64,000 bases of DNA from Acidobacteriota bacterium (GCA_003242705.2 QGVF02000005.1:101725-165724); one strand, 5' to 3'. Positions 1 to 9,440 are shown, counted from the stretch's first letter. Notes: a model not told the origin generated them from the sequence alone. Program-made: numbers and translations.

Positions 1-321
1 CACGCCGATCGGCTCCGACGTGTCGGTGCCCAGCGCATCGAACAGCGGATGTGAAAGCCAGGCGAGCAGCGTCGCCACGAAGACTCTGGCGCGCGTCGCG
101 GCCACCGGCAGACGGCACCACGCAGCAAGCGCGGCGGCGATGACGGCCGCGCCGACGCTGTGCGTTTCCATGCTGTGGCGTCCGAACAGCAGATCGAGAT
201 CCGGCGCCATGCCGAATGCCGCCAGCCAGACCATGGCCCGCCAGCGAACCGGGCTCTCGCGCCCGGCCGCCGGCAGAGCGGCGGCCACGGCGCCGATCGC
301 GTGACCGATCGGCGAGGGCAT
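1..321 (-). CDS. Membrane-bound metal-dependent hydrolase (YdjM/DUF457-like), partial; the 3' end lies beyond the window
   Basis: My own minus-strand translation from the ATG at 321-319 gives MPSPIGHAIGAVAAALPAAGRESPVRWRAMVWLAAFGMAPDLDLLFGRHSMETHSVGAAVIAA... The frame stays open to position 1. It has the MPSPxGH N-terminus and D.D....H..THS motifs typical of DUF457. The start overlaps the cinA stop as TGATG. This ORF is not in the supplied track because it is truncated. Confidence 0.6.
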   Translation of the reverse strand, partial: MPSPIGHAIGAVAAALPAAGRESPVRWRAMVWLAAFGMAPDLDLLFGRHSMETHSVGAAVIAAALAAWCRLPVAATRARVFVATLLAWLSHPLFDALGTDTSEPIGV

Positions 322-1607
322 CAGCGGTCGGGCGCCGGCACCTTCGCGCCGATGGCGCGGCGCACCATATTGAGCGCAGCCGACGCAGCGAACTGACGGA
401 TCATCTGGCGATCGCCGGGGAACAGAAACCGCCGCGCATGCGTGTCGCCGGCGGCCACGGCGATCCACACCGTGCCCACCGGCTTTTCGTCGGATCCGCC
501 GCCGGGCCCCGCGACGCCGGTGATTCCAACGCCGACATCGGCGCCGAGCCGGCGACGCACGCCTTCAGCCATCGCGCGTGCCACTGCTTCGCTGACCGCC
601 CCGTGGGCCGCGAGTGTGTCTTCCCCGACACCCAGCGCCTCGACCTTGACCGCGTTGGCGTACGCGACCACGCCACCGAGTACCCACGCCGAGCTGCCGG
701 GGATGTCGGTCAGTCGCTGCAGCAGGAGCCCGCCCGTGCACGACTCGGCGGCCGCAATCATCAACTGCCGGGCGGCCAGCTCCGCGCCGACCACCTCCTC
801 GAGTGATCGCTCATCGGTGGTGAACACGGCGTCACCCAGGGCCGCGACGAGCTCGGCCGATGCCCGATCGAGCACTCCCTCGAGCGCATCAACGTCCTCG
901 GCGGCACCGGACAGGTGCAGTTCGACGAGGCCTGGACTGGCAAGCACTGTCGTGTCGATCGGGACGACACCGGCAGCAAACCGCGAGTAGATGGGCTGGG
1001 CAATCTCCTCGACCTGCGATTCCGAAAATCCGGTCGTCCTGACAGTCCGGCGGCGCACCTGCCGGCCCGAGGCGCGTGCAGCCAGCACCGGGACGACGCT
1101 TGCGAGGAACATCGGCTGCATTTCTCGCGGCGGACCCGGTAACAGCACGATCAGCCTGTCACCGGTATCGACAACCTGCCCCGGCGCCGTGCCGTTGGGA
1201 TTGGGCAGCCAGCGCGCGCCCTCGATGACCTCTGCCTGTCGCCTGTTGACCGACGGCATCGGGACGCCGCGCCGTTCGAAACGCGCCGCGACAATCGCAA
1301 GCACCTCGGGATCGACCGCGAGACGCCGTCCGAGCACCGCCGCCACGGCTTCCCGCGTGAGGTCGTCGTCGGTCGGCCCCAGGCCGCCTGTCGTGATCAC
1401 GAGATCAACGCGCGCTATCGCATCGGCAATCGTGTCGCGCAGCTCCGCCGGGTGGTCGCCGACCACGTGCTTGCGCCGGAGCTCGATCCCGAGCTCCTGC
1501 AGGCGTTCGGCCAGGAACAGCGAGTTCGTGTCGATGCGCTGCCGGGCGAGCAGTTCGCTCCCGACGGCAATGATTTCGGCGGTACGGATCGCAGGCGCTA
1601 CAGCCAT
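321..1607 (-). CDS. cinA: CinA family protein (MoCF-like domain plus nicotinamide-nucleotide amidase domain)
   Basis: 428 aa. The N-terminus reads AEIIAVGSELL...DTNS..LAE.L..LGI and TTGGLGPTDDDLT. The C-terminal half reads AAESCTGGLL, typical of the CinA/PncC domain. Confidence 0.9.
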   Translation of the reverse strand: MAVAPAIRTAEIIAVGSELLARQRIDTNSLFLAERLQELGIELRRKHVVGDHPAELRDTIADAIARVDLVITTGGLGPTDDDLTREAVAAVLGRRLAVDPEVLAIVAARFERRGVPMPSVNRRQAEVIEGARWLPNPNGTAPGQVVDTGDRLIVLLPGPPREMQPMFLASVVPVLAARASGRQVRRRTVRTTGFSESQVEEIAQPIYSRFAAGVVPIDTTVLASPGLVELHLSGAAEDVDALEGVLDRASAELVAALGDAVFTTDERSLEEVVGAELAARQLMIAAAESCTGGLLLQRLTDIPGSSAWVLGGVVAYANAVKVEALGVGEDTLAAHGAVSEAVARAMAEGVRRRLGADVGVGITGVAGPGGGSDEKPVGTVWIAVAAGDTHARRFLFPGDRQMIRQFAASAALNMVRRAIGAKVPAPDR

Positions 1608-2053
1608 GGAACGAAGTAGACGAGCACGGCCATCACGATCCAGCCGTACACGCCGGCCATCACGTCATCGGCCATGACGCCGAAGCCGCCGGGCAGCGCC
1701 TCGAGCCGGTTCGACGGCCACGGCTTGACGATGTCCATCGCGCGGAAGACGAAGAAGCCCATGACGGCACCAATCAGGCCCACATCGAGCAGCAGCAGCG
1801 TCGCCAGCTGGCCGGCCACCTCGTCGACGACGACCTGGCCGGGATCGTCACGCTGAAAGTGACGTGCGGCGACGCCCGAAGCCCATGTGCCGATCACGCA
1901 GACGAGGCAGAGAATCAGCACGTGGGTCAGAGGATCGGCGTGCCGCGTGAGCAGATACAGGACGATTCCGGCTGCCGATCCGACGGTGCCCGGAGCGAAC
2001 GGAAAGTAGCCGCAGCCACCGACGGTGGCAATCGCGAGCGCGACCGCTTTCAT
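1598..2053 (-). CDS. pgpA: Phosphatidylglycerophosphatase A
   Basis: 151 aa with GYFPFAPGTVGS, DDPGQVVVDEVAGQ, DIVKPWP and GGFGVMADDVMAG signatures. It overlaps the cinA start by 10 nt. Confidence 0.9.
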   Translation of the reverse strand: MKAVALAIATVGGCGYFPFAPGTVGSAAGIVLYLLTRHADPLTHVLILCLVCVIGTWASGVAARHFQRDDPGQVVVDEVAGQLATLLLLDVGLIGAVMGFFVFRAMDIVKPWPSNRLEALPGGFGVMADDVMAGVYGWIVMAVLVYFVPWL

Positions 2054-3171
2054 GCCCGAATCACACGCGTGCCGGCGACACGGTCGTGGATGGCGCGCCG
2101 GTCACCCAGGAGCGCCGGGAGAAACCCGAGGCCGGCGAGCAGCACCGACGGGACGGCCGCAATGGAACGGACGAGCGCCTGTCCGACCGACACCGGGCCC
2201 GCCGGGTCGCGGCCGTCGACGACGCGGATCTGCATGAGCATCTTGCCGGGAGACTGGCCGTTGACCGCCGTGAAGAGGACGAGATAGGACAACACAATCA
2301 GCAGCACGAACCCTCCGAGCGGGACCAGCGGCAGGCGGGCCCAGTCGGTCCAGCCGAGCCCCACCCACTCGAGCGTCACCGTCAGGATCAACGCGGCCAG
2401 TCCGCCAAGCACGCCCGCATCCACGGCGGCGGCCCCGAGCCGACCGGCCACCGGTGCCGCCGTGCGCAGCAGCGCCTCCCGCTCGCGCTCTTCGGTGCTT
2501 TGTCGTTCCGCCTTCTCGAGCCGCTCGAGTCCCTCGAGCAGATCGCGATCGAGCGGTCCAAGCTTGAGACGCTCACCCTCGCGCCGGGCCCGGCCTGGCG
2601 CGGGCGACGCCGGCTCCGGCGGCGGTGGCGCGGGGACTTCCTCGACCGGCTCCCGCCGGGGCGGTGTGTCGACGGGGGCGGAAGCGACGGCGCTGCCCTG
2701 TTGCCGACCCGCCGGCTCGTCGGGCTCGTGCGTCGGCACCTGTTTCACGAAGAGCGGCAGCTCCGTCGTGGTCGGTGGCGCCGGTCGCCGCGGGCGCGCC
2801 GCGGGGGCGGGCTCGGCCGCGACCTGCGGCTGTCGCTGCAGTTCGTCCGTCCGCGGCGCCGGGGGTGAGGCGGCAGGCGACAGCGCAATGTCGAGGTCGG
2901 CGGAGGTGTCGGCCGGGCGCGACCGGACCGTCGTTCGAGGCGACAGATCGATGAAGTCGCCGGGACCTTCAGCAGTACCCGGGTCACCCTCCTCCACCGG
3001 ACCCGCAGTCGTCGCGCCGTGCCGGATCTCGAAGTCGACGAGAGGCAGTCCTCCATCGTCCTCGTCGGGAGGATGGATGACGAGGTCCGGATCGAGCTCG
3101 AGCGTATAGCCGCAGTTGCGGCAGCGCGGCTCCGGATCGAAGCTCAGGTAGTGGCACTTGGGACACTTCAT
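2050..3171 (-). CDS. RDD family membrane protein with an N-terminal zinc ribbon and a long Pro/Ala-rich linker
   Basis: The N-terminus is MKCPKCHYLSFDPEPRCRNCGY (CxxC...CxxC). The C-terminal hydrophobic domain carries GQSPGKMLM.IRVV and HDR. It overlaps the pgpA start by 4 nt. Confidence 0.75.
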   Translation of the reverse strand: MKCPKCHYLSFDPEPRCRNCGYTLELDPDLVIHPPDEDDGGLPLVDFEIRHGATTAGPVEEGDPGTAEGPGDFIDLSPRTTVRSRPADTSADLDIALSPAASPPAPRTDELQRQPQVAAEPAPAARPRRPAPPTTTELPLFVKQVPTHEPDEPAGRQQGSAVASAPVDTPPRREPVEEVPAPPPPEPASPAPGRARREGERLKLGPLDRDLLEGLERLEKAERQSTEEREREALLRTAAPVAGRLGAAAVDAGVLGGLAALILTVTLEWVGLGWTDWARLPLVPLGGFVLLIVLSYLVLFTAVNGQSPGKMLMQIRVVDGRDPAGPVSVGQALVRSIAAVPSVLLAGLGFLPALLGDRRAIHDRVAGTRVIRA

Positions 3172-3294
3172 GGATGGGAATCCGCCTTCGTGCCAGCCTG
3201 GCGGTCGACCATGCGGCGCACAGGGTGTCTCATCGCGGCAACACGCGGATTATAGCGGCAACCGTTCGTCGCACCTGTCGTAGAGTACGCGGAC

Positions 3295-4209
3295 GTGCAG
3301 ATCCTCGAATGCGTGGCAAACGTCAGCGAAGGGCGGGATCGGGAGGTCGTGCAGGCGTGTGCAGAGGCCGTCGAGCAGGCAGGCCTGCCGCTGCTCGACC
3401 TGCACGTCGATCGCGACCATAACCGATCGGTGTTCACCTTTGCGGGCCTGCCCGACCGCGTCGCGGCTGCGGCGCATGCCCTGGCCGCCACCGCCGTCTC
3501 CCGGATTAATCTGCAGGCTCACGTCGGTGTCCATCCCCGGATCGGCGCCATCGACGTCATTCCTTTCGTTCCCATTACGGGCGTGACGACGGACGAAGCG
3601 GTGGCCGTCGCGCGCGCCTTCGGCGCCGAGCTCAGTGCCCGGCATCAGCTGCCGGTCTTCCTCTACGAAGCCGCGGCGTTCGCGGCCGAGCGAAGCCGGC
3701 TCGAGGTAATCCGCCGCGGCGGCCTGCCGGCGCTCGCCGCTCGCATGGCGACGGACCCGGCCTGGCGGCCCGACTTCGGCCCGACGGCGCCCCACCCGAC
3801 TGCTGGCGCCGTGGCCGTCGGCGCGCGCGGGCCGCTCATCGCGTTCAACATCAATCTCGCGAGCGACCGGCTCGACATTGCCCAGGCGGTCGCCGCCGGC
3901 GTGCGCGAGCGCTCCGGCGGCCTGCCCGCTGTCAAGGCGCTCGGCCTGCCGCTCGGTGATCGCGGCATCGTGCAGGTGTCGATGAACCTTACCGACTACC
4001 GCCGCACCTCGATGCGCACGGTCTACGACCGCGTCGTCGAAGCGGCGAAAAGCCGGGGGGTCGACGTGCTCGAGAGCGAGATCGTCGGCCTCGTGCCGGC
4101 CGACGCCATCACGGCGGCCGACGCGGCGCACATGCGCGTGCGCGATTTCGATCGGTCGAAGGTGCTCGAGGAGCGCCTGAGCCTGCTGCGCTCCGGCGGC
4201 ACGTCCTGA
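3295..4209 (+). CDS. Glutamate formimidoyltransferase (FTCD N-terminal type)
   Basis: 304 aa starting (GTG) MQILECVANVSEGRD..., with the HVDRDHNRSVFTF motif typical of the formiminotransferase family. A TAGAGT hexamer ends 8 nt upstream of the start. Confidence 0.85.
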   Translation: MQILECVANVSEGRDREVVQACAEAVEQAGLPLLDLHVDRDHNRSVFTFAGLPDRVAAAAHALAATAVSRINLQAHVGVHPRIGAIDVIPFVPITGVTTDEAVAVARAFGAELSARHQLPVFLYEAAAFAAERSRLEVIRRGGLPALAARMATDPAWRPDFGPTAPHPTAGAVAVGARGPLIAFNINLASDRLDIAQAVAAGVRERSGGLPAVKALGLPLGDRGIVQVSMNLTDYRRTSMRTVYDRVVEAAKSRGVDVLESEIVGLVPADAITAADAAHMRVRDFDRSKVLEERLSLLRSGGTS

Positions 4210-4213
4210 CGCG

Positions 4214-5578
4214 TCAGCCCTCGGCCTCGCGGACCGGTGCGATCCCGAGGCTGCGCATTTTCTTGTAGAGATTGCTCCGCTCGAGCCCGAGCGCCTCGGC
4301 GGTCTTCGAAATGTTGCCCTGGCACGCGGCGAGCGCGCGCAGAATGTAGGCCCGCTCCCACGCTTCGCGTGCCTGGAGCAGCGGCTCGATCGGACCGTCG
4401 CTGCCCCTCACCGGACTGCCGACGTGCGGCACCAGAAACGACAGGTCCGAAGCCTCGATCACATCGCCCGGCACCATGATGACGAGGCGCTCGATCACGT
4501 TGCGCAGCTCGCGCACGTTTCCCGGCCAGCTGTAGCGCGTCAGCAGCTGCTCGGCGTCGGGCGAGAGTGTCTTCGGACGTCGGCCGTACGCTGCGGTGAA
4601 GTCCCGGAGGAAGTGTGCGGCGAGCAGCGGGACGTCGCCTTCGCGCTCCCGCAGCGGCGGCACGAAGATCGGAATGACGTTGAGGCGGAAGAACAGATCC
4701 TCGCGGAAGCGGCCGGCGCGGATTTCCTCGGGCAGATCCTTGTTCGTCGCGGCAATCACCCGGACGTCGACCTTCACGCTTCCCTGCCCGCCGACCGGCT
4801 CGATTGTCTGCTCCTGCAGCGCCCGCAGGACCTTCGCCTGCATCTTGAGGCTCATGTCGCCGACTTCGTCGAGAAACAGCGTGCCGCCCGACGCCAGCTC
4901 GAACTTGCCCCGGCGGTCGACGACCGCTCCGGTGAACGCGCCCCGCACGTGACCGAACAGTTCCGATTCGATCAGATCGTCGGGCAGCGCCGCCGAGTTC
5001 ACCTCGACGAACGGCCCCGTCCGGCGCTGACTGAGCAGGTGCACGTGGCGGGCGACCAGCTCCTTGCCGGTCCCGTTCTCCCCCGCCAGCAGAACCCTCC
5101 CGTTGGTCGGCGCGGCCATGGCGATCTGTTCGCGCAGCCGCTGCATGGCCTGACTTTCGCCAATCAGCGCGTAGCGGCCGACGCGTGCCCGCAGCGCGCG
5201 ATTCTCGCGCTCGAGCTGGCGCTGGCGGAGCGCATTGCGCACGACCAGCACGGTCTTCTCGAGCGACAGCGGCTTTTCGATGAAGTCGAACGCGCCGAGG
5301 CGGGTGGCGCGGACTGCCGCCTCGACGGTGGCATGACCCGACATCATGACGACCGTCGCGTCGACGGCGCGCGCGACGAGCCGCTCGAGCGCCGTAAGCC
5401 CGTCGACGCCCGGCAGCCGGATGTCGAGCAGGATCAGGTCGTAGCTCCGGCGCCCGGCCTGGTCGAGGCAGGCTTCGGCACTGTCGACCGTGTCGACGTG
5501 GTAGCCCGCCTCGCGCAGCGCGTCGCCGAGCGACGCCCGCACGCCGGCTTCGTCGTCGACGATCAGGATCGCAGGCAC
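4214..5578 (-). CDS. Sigma-54-dependent response regulator (NtrC/AtoC family enhancer-binding protein)
   Basis: The receiver domain has LILLDIRLPGVDG. The AAA+ domain has GENGTGKE, the GAFTGA loop (HVRGAFTGA) and ESELFGH. The C-terminal Fis-type HTH reads NISKTAEALGLERSNLYKKMR. Confidence 0.9.
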   Translation of the reverse strand: MPAILIVDDEAGVRASLGDALREAGYHVDTVDSAEACLDQAGRRSYDLILLDIRLPGVDGLTALERLVARAVDATVVMMSGHATVEAAVRATRLGAFDFIEKPLSLEKTVLVVRNALRQRQLERENRALRARVGRYALIGESQAMQRLREQIAMAAPTNGRVLLAGENGTGKELVARHVHLLSQRRTGPFVEVNSAALPDDLIESELFGHVRGAFTGAVVDRRGKFELASGGTLFLDEVGDMSLKMQAKVLRALQEQTIEPVGGQGSVKVDVRVIAATNKDLPEEIRAGRFREDLFFRLNVIPIFVPPLREREGDVPLLAAHFLRDFTAAYGRRPKTLSPDAEQLLTRYSWPGNVRELRNVIERLVIMVPGDVIEASDLSFLVPHVGSPVRGSDGPIEPLLQAREAWERAYILRALAACQGNISKTAEALGLERSNLYKKMRSLGIAPVREAEG

Positions 5579-5581
5579 GGC

Positions 5582-6040
5582 CTATTCGCGCGTCCTGAGC
5601 AGCTCGTTCAGCTCGTGCGTGAACTCGTCGATGTCGCGGAAGTTCCGGTACACCGATGCGAATCTGACGAAGGCCACCTTGTCGAGCGTCTTCAGCTCGT
5701 CCATCACCAGCTGGCCGATCTCCTGGGTGGCCATCTCCCGTTCCGGTCGTTCCTGCAGCGCGGCTTCGATGCGGTCGGCGATCGCTTCGAGCGCAGCGAC
5801 GCGCACCGGCCGCTTCTCACACGCCTTCAGCAGGCCCTCGACCAGCTTCTGGCGATCGAAGCGCTCACGGCGCCCGTCCTTCTTGACGACCATGTACGGA
5901 ATCTCGTCGATGCGCTCGTAGCTGGTGAACCGGCGGCCGCACTCGAGGCACTCGCGCCGCCGCCGGATCGCGTCGCCCTCCTTGCTTTCGCGCGAATCGA
6001 CCACCTTGTCGCCGAGATGACCACAGTAGGGACACTTCAC
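5582..6040 (-). CDS. nrdR: Transcriptional repressor NrdR
   Basis: The GTG start at 6040 gives VKCPYCGH...DSRE...[17 protein letters not shown] (zinc ribbon) followed by an ATP-cone domain, 152 aa in total. The 361-aa track ORF is an artefactual N-terminal extension running into the next gene. Confidence 0.92.
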   Translation of the reverse strand: MKCPYCGHLGDKVVDSRESKEGDAIRRRRECLECGRRFTSYERIDEIPYMVVKKDGRRERFDRQKLVEGLLKACEKRPVRVAALEAIADRIEAALQERPEREMATQEIGQLVMDELKTLDKVAFVRFASVYRNFRDIDEFTHELNELLRTRE

Positions 6041-6051
6041 GGTTGCACGCC

Positions 6052-7086
6052 TCAGGACGGTGTGGAACTGGCCGCCGGCCGATCGGCGCCGACCCGCCGC
6101 GCCTGCCCGAGCGTCAGGCCGTCCTGTCCCATGAACACCAGGCCGAGCAGCGTGACGGGAACGAACGAGACGAGGTGCAGTACGATGGCGGCGGCCGCCG
6201 CGGCGCTCTCGGGGGCGTCGAAGAACTGCGTGAGCGCCAGCTGATAGAAGTAGTGGAAGCCGCCGGCCGCTCCGGGCGTCGGGACCGTGACTCCCACCGT
6301 CAGATACCCCACGACCAGAAACGACCCGACGAAGCTGATCGGCAGCTCGAAGGCCCACGACGTGAAGGCGATTCCGGCCGCAATCGCGAGCCACACCGGC
6401 AGTGACCAGAGCATGGCCAGCGCGAAGTGCCACGGACTGCGCATGACGGCCAGTCCGGCAGTGAGCGTCCGCGCCAGCCGGCTCACGAGCCCGCCGATGC
6501 GTGCCGGGAGCCGCTCCGTGAGCCGATCGACGACCGTGCCGACCCGTTCGGGATGCCCGGCGGCGAGAAACAGCACGGCGAGCCCGACGGCCGCCGCGCC
6601 CGCTGCCGCCCACCCGGCCGCTTCGATCGCCGCCCCGACGTCGATCCCTGAAAAGAGAATCGCGCACGCGAAAAGCAGCAGGACGGTCACGAGATCGATC
6701 ATGCGTTCGACGACGACGGTCGCGAAGACCGAAGCGGCGCTCACCGGTTCGTGCCGGGCCACGACGTAGGCGCGAAGGAACTCGCCGGCCCGGGCCGGCA
6801 GCAGCAGGTTCGCCGCGAAACCGATGACCGTCGCCCGGAACGACGTCCGGAAGCTCACAGCACTGACCGGCGCGAGCAGCACCTGCCAGCGGCGGCTGCG
6901 GGCCAGGTAGGTCAGCAGCGACGCGCCCACGGCCGCCAGAATCCAGCCCGGACGCGAGCGGGCCGTCGCTGCCCAGGCCTCGCGAAGATCGACGTTGCGC
7001 AGGAACAGCGCGAAGAGCCCGGCGGTCAGCAGGGCTATAAGGACGGTTCGCCAGTGTTGCGGACGGGAAGCAGAGGTGTCGACCAT
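6052..7086 (-). CDS. Flippase-like / lysylphosphatidylglycerol-synthase transmembrane-domain family membrane protein (UPF0104)
   Basis: 344 aa and polytopic. It carries the [11 protein letters not shown] and [25 protein letters not shown] motifs typical of UPF0104. Confidence 0.7.
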   Translation of the reverse strand: MVDTSASRPQHWRTVLIALLTAGLFALFLRNVDLREAWAATARSRPGWILAAVGASLLTYLARSRRWQVLLAPVSAVSFRTSFRATVIGFAANLLLPARAGEFLRAYVVARHEPVSAASVFATVVVERMIDLVTVLLLFACAILFSGIDVGAAIEAAGWAAAGAAAVGLAVLFLAAGHPERVGTVVDRLTERLPARIGGLVSRLARTLTAGLAVMRSPWHFALAMLWSLPVWLAIAAGIAFTSWAFELPISFVGSFLVVGYLTVGVTVPTPGAAGGFHYFYQLALTQFFDAPESAAAAAAIVLHLVSFVPVTLLGLVFMGQDGLTLGQARRVGADRPAASSTPS

Positions 7087-7130
7087 CAGCGGGACCGGAC
7101 TGTTCGTACTATAAGATTGGCGGCAAGTCC

Positions 7131-8216
7131 ATGGGAAAGCGGGGGTTACTGATGGTCGCGGCGCTCGCCGCGGTCGGCCTGCTCGTCTGGCATGCGGTCG
7201 GACGACCGCCGGCCCCCGAGCCCGACCCGGTTGTCGCCCCGCCTGCCGATGCTTCCGAGGACACCGGCGAGCCAGTCGGGCCGGTGACCGTCACCTCCTC
7301 CGACACCCTCGCGCTGCCGGTCGAAATCGACGAGATACGCATTGGCGGCGTGCCCGCGGTCGAGGTACGGGGTGAGGCGCGGCGTGACCTGTCCTGGACG
7401 CTGTCGGCCGAGGCAACGGCGTCCGACGAAGCCGCCGCCCGCGCCTCGGCGGCCACTGCCGTCCTTCGCCGCAACGACCAGGGACGCGTGCTGTCGCTCG
7501 GCGTCGCCGCCGACGAGGCCGTCGTCCCGACGAGCCGGCTGACACTGCTCGTGCCGGCCGCCACGCGGCTCCGTCTCGAGAACAGCGCCGAGGCGACCGT
7601 CGAAGGGGTCGACACCGTCCGGCTCGAGAATCTTCCGGGCCGGACGACCCTGCGCCATGTCGAAGGTGGCGTCGACGGGTCGCATCGCTCCGGCGACCTG
7701 CTCGTCGAACAGGCCGGCCGGGTCACGTTGACGCTGAACGGGACCGCGGCCATCCTCCGCGATGTGCAGGGCGAGCTGCGACTCGACGCCAGGGGCGGGT
7801 CGACGACGATCGAACGCCCCGCCGGCGTCACCGCGGTCGAAGCCGTCGACCAGCGTCTCGTCATCTCGCATGCAAGCGGTCCTATCCGTGGCAGTGCGAG
7901 AGGAGGCGAGGTGGAGATCGAGGCGCCGGGGGCGCTGGTCGACTTCGACGTACGCGGCGCCGACCTGACGCTCCGTCTGGCGGCACCCGTCCCCGTGATG
8001 CTCTTCGGCCGCGACGCGCACATGGAGATCACGCTTCCGCGCGAGGGCGACATCCGACTCGACGTCGTCTCCGAAGGGGGCACGATCGATGCCACGGCCC
8101 TCGGTCTCGAGCCTGCGACGATGGCCGGTGAGCAGTCGCTGTCGACCGAATCGGCGGGGCCCCGCCTGACAATCCGGACGCAACGCGGCGCCGTTGTGAT
8201 CAGGCCCGGCAAGTGA
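7131..8216 (+). CDS. Membrane-anchored beta-strand-repeat protein (DUF4097-like putative adhesin)
   Basis: It has an N-terminal transmembrane helix ([15 protein letters not shown]). Repeated short units follow, such as G.V.VE..G.L..D.RGG and TL.L, suggestive of a beta-helix. The two long antisense ORFs here have no motifs. Confidence 0.5.
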   Translation: MGKRGLLMVAALAAVGLLVWHAVGRPPAPEPDPVVAPPADASEDTGEPVGPVTVTSSDTLALPVEIDEIRIGGVPAVEVRGEARRDLSWTLSAEATASDEAAARASAATAVLRRNDQGRVLSLGVAADEAVVPTSRLTLLVPAATRLRLENSAEATVEGVDTVRLENLPGRTTLRHVEGGVDGSHRSGDLLVEQAGRVTLTLNGTAAILRDVQGELRLDARGGSTTIERPAGVTAVEAVDQRLVISHASGPIRGSARGGEVEIEAPGALVDFDVRGADLTLRLAAPVPVMLFGRDAHMEITLPREGDIRLDVVSEGGTIDATALGLEPATMAGEQSLSTESAGPRLTIRTQRGAVVIRPGK

Positions 8217-8241
8217 TAGTCTGCCGGTTCCTCACACGGTC

Positions 8242-9135
8242 ATGTCGTCCTCAGTCGTACTCGAAACAGATCTGGCCGGCCTCACGCTGCTGCGGCGGGG
8301 CAAGGTTCGCGATGTCTACGATCTCGGCGATCAGCTTCTGATCGTCGCCACCGACCGCATCTCCGCGTTCGACTACGTGCTCGGCACGGGGATTCCCGAC
8401 AAGGGCAAGGTCCTCACCCAGCTGTCGGCTTTCTGGTTCCGGCAGATGGGCGACCTCGTGCCTCACCACCTCATCTCGATCGACGTGGAGGACTTCCCCG
8501 CCCGGACGCAGCCGCACCGCGACATTCTGCGCGGACGATCGATGCTCGTACGCAAGACGACGCCCCTGCCGATCGAGTGCGTGGCGCGGGGCTACCTGTC
8601 GGGCTCGGGCTGGAAGGACTATCAGCGGACCGGCGCCGTGTGCGGCGTCCCCCTGCCACCCGGGCTGCGCGAGTCCGACCGGCTGCCCTCGCCGATCTTC
8701 ACGCCGGCGACCAAGGCCGAGTCGGGGCACGACGAGAACATCACCGAGGCGCAGGCGGCCGAGATCGTTGGCGCGGATCTCGTCCGGCGCCTCCGCGAGC
8801 TGACGCTGGCCATCTACGAGCGCGGCGTCGCCTACGCCGCGTCGAAGGGCATCATCATCGCCGACACGAAATTCGAGTTCGGGCTCGCCGGCGGCGAACT
8901 GGTGCTCATCGACGAGGTCCTGACGCCCGACTCGTCGCGCTTCTGGCCCGCCGACGCCTGGGAGCCGGGCCGGCCGCAGCCGAGCTTCGACAAGCAGTTC
9001 GTGCGCGATCACCTCGAGGCGATCGGCTGGAACAAGCAGCCGCCGGTCCCGTCGCTGCCCGACGACGTCGTGGCCAGGACCCGCGAGAAGTACATCGAGG
9101 CCTACCGCCGGCTGACCGGCGCGGAGCTTGCCTGA
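8242..9135 (+). CDS. purC: Phosphoribosylaminoimidazole-succinocarboxamide synthase
   Basis: 297 aa with [28 protein letters not shown] and IADTKFEFG signatures. Confidence 0.93.
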   Translation: MSSSVVLETDLAGLTLLRRGKVRDVYDLGDQLLIVATDRISAFDYVLGTGIPDKGKVLTQLSAFWFRQMGDLVPHHLISIDVEDFPARTQPHRDILRGRSMLVRKTTPLPIECVARGYLSGSGWKDYQRTGAVCGVPLPPGLRESDRLPSPIFTPATKAESGHDENITEAQAAEIVGADLVRRLRELTLAIYERGVAYAASKGIIIADTKFEFGLAGGELVLIDEVLTPDSSRFWPADAWEPGRPQPSFDKQFVRDHLEAIGWNKQPPVPSLPDDVVARTREKYIEAYRRLTGAELA

Positions 9136-9344
9136 TGCGCGACCAGCTGACGGCGCTCGCTCAGCAGATGCTCGACAAGGGTATCCGCCTGGAGGAGGCG
9201 CACCGGGAGTTCGAGCGGATCTTCATCCAGCGCGCCCTCGCCAAGTGCGACTTCAACGTGTGCCGGGCGGCCGAGATGATCGGCATGCACCGGAACACGC
9301 TGAGCCGGAAGATCGCCGCCTACCGCATCCGGAAATCGGCCTGA
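9135..9344 (+). CDS. Stand-alone Fis-type helix-turn-helix DNA-binding protein (69 aa)
   Basis: The ATG at 9135 overlaps the purC stop as TGATG. The sequence FIQRALAKCDFNVCRAAEMIGMHRNTLSRKI matches the HTH_8/Fis signature. Confidence 0.7.
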   Translation: MRDQLTALAQQMLDKGIRLEEAHREFERIFIQRALAKCDFNVCRAAEMIGMHRNTLSRKIAAYRIRKSA

Positions 9345-9385
9345 AAACAGGGCCCTCCGCTCCTCCGTCCGGCACGTTCCGGCCC

Positions 9386-9414
9386 TTGACGCCACCGGAA
9401 GGCCTTCGTATATT
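9386..9414 (+). promoter_or_regulatory. Sigma-70-type promoter of groESL (TTGACG, 17-nt spacer, TATATT)
   Basis: TTGACG lies at 9386-9391, followed by a 17-nt spacer and TATATT at 9409-9414. The -10 hexamer abuts the CIRCE operator. Confidence 0.6.
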
Positions 9415-9440
9415 TAGCAGTCGATCGGAGCGAGTGCTAA
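9414..9440 (+). promoter_or_regulatory. CIRCE operator (HrcA binding site)
   Basis: TTAGCAGTC-N9-GAGTGCTAA differs by one base from the consensus TTAGCACTC-N9-GAGTGCTAA. It lies about 125 nt upstream of groES. Confidence 0.8.

Noticed and set aside
20-304. A 94-aa plus-strand ORF at the left edge of the window
   Set aside because: The minus strand over the same bases translates into a DUF457-like hydrolase N-terminus that starts on the cinA stop codon. The plus-strand product has no features.
4424-6244. A 606-aa plus-strand ORF opposite the NtrC-type regulator and nrdR
   Set aside because: It is a shadow ORF. The minus strand carries Walker A, GAFTGA and NrdR zinc-ribbon signatures.
6041-6667. 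The N-terminal 209-codon extension of the nrdR ORF (track ORF 5582-6667)
   Set aside because: NrdR proteins start at the zinc ribbon. An in-frame GTG at 6040 gives the canonical VKCPYCG start. The extension is Arg/Gly-rich and overlaps the UPF0104 membrane-protein gene in another frame.
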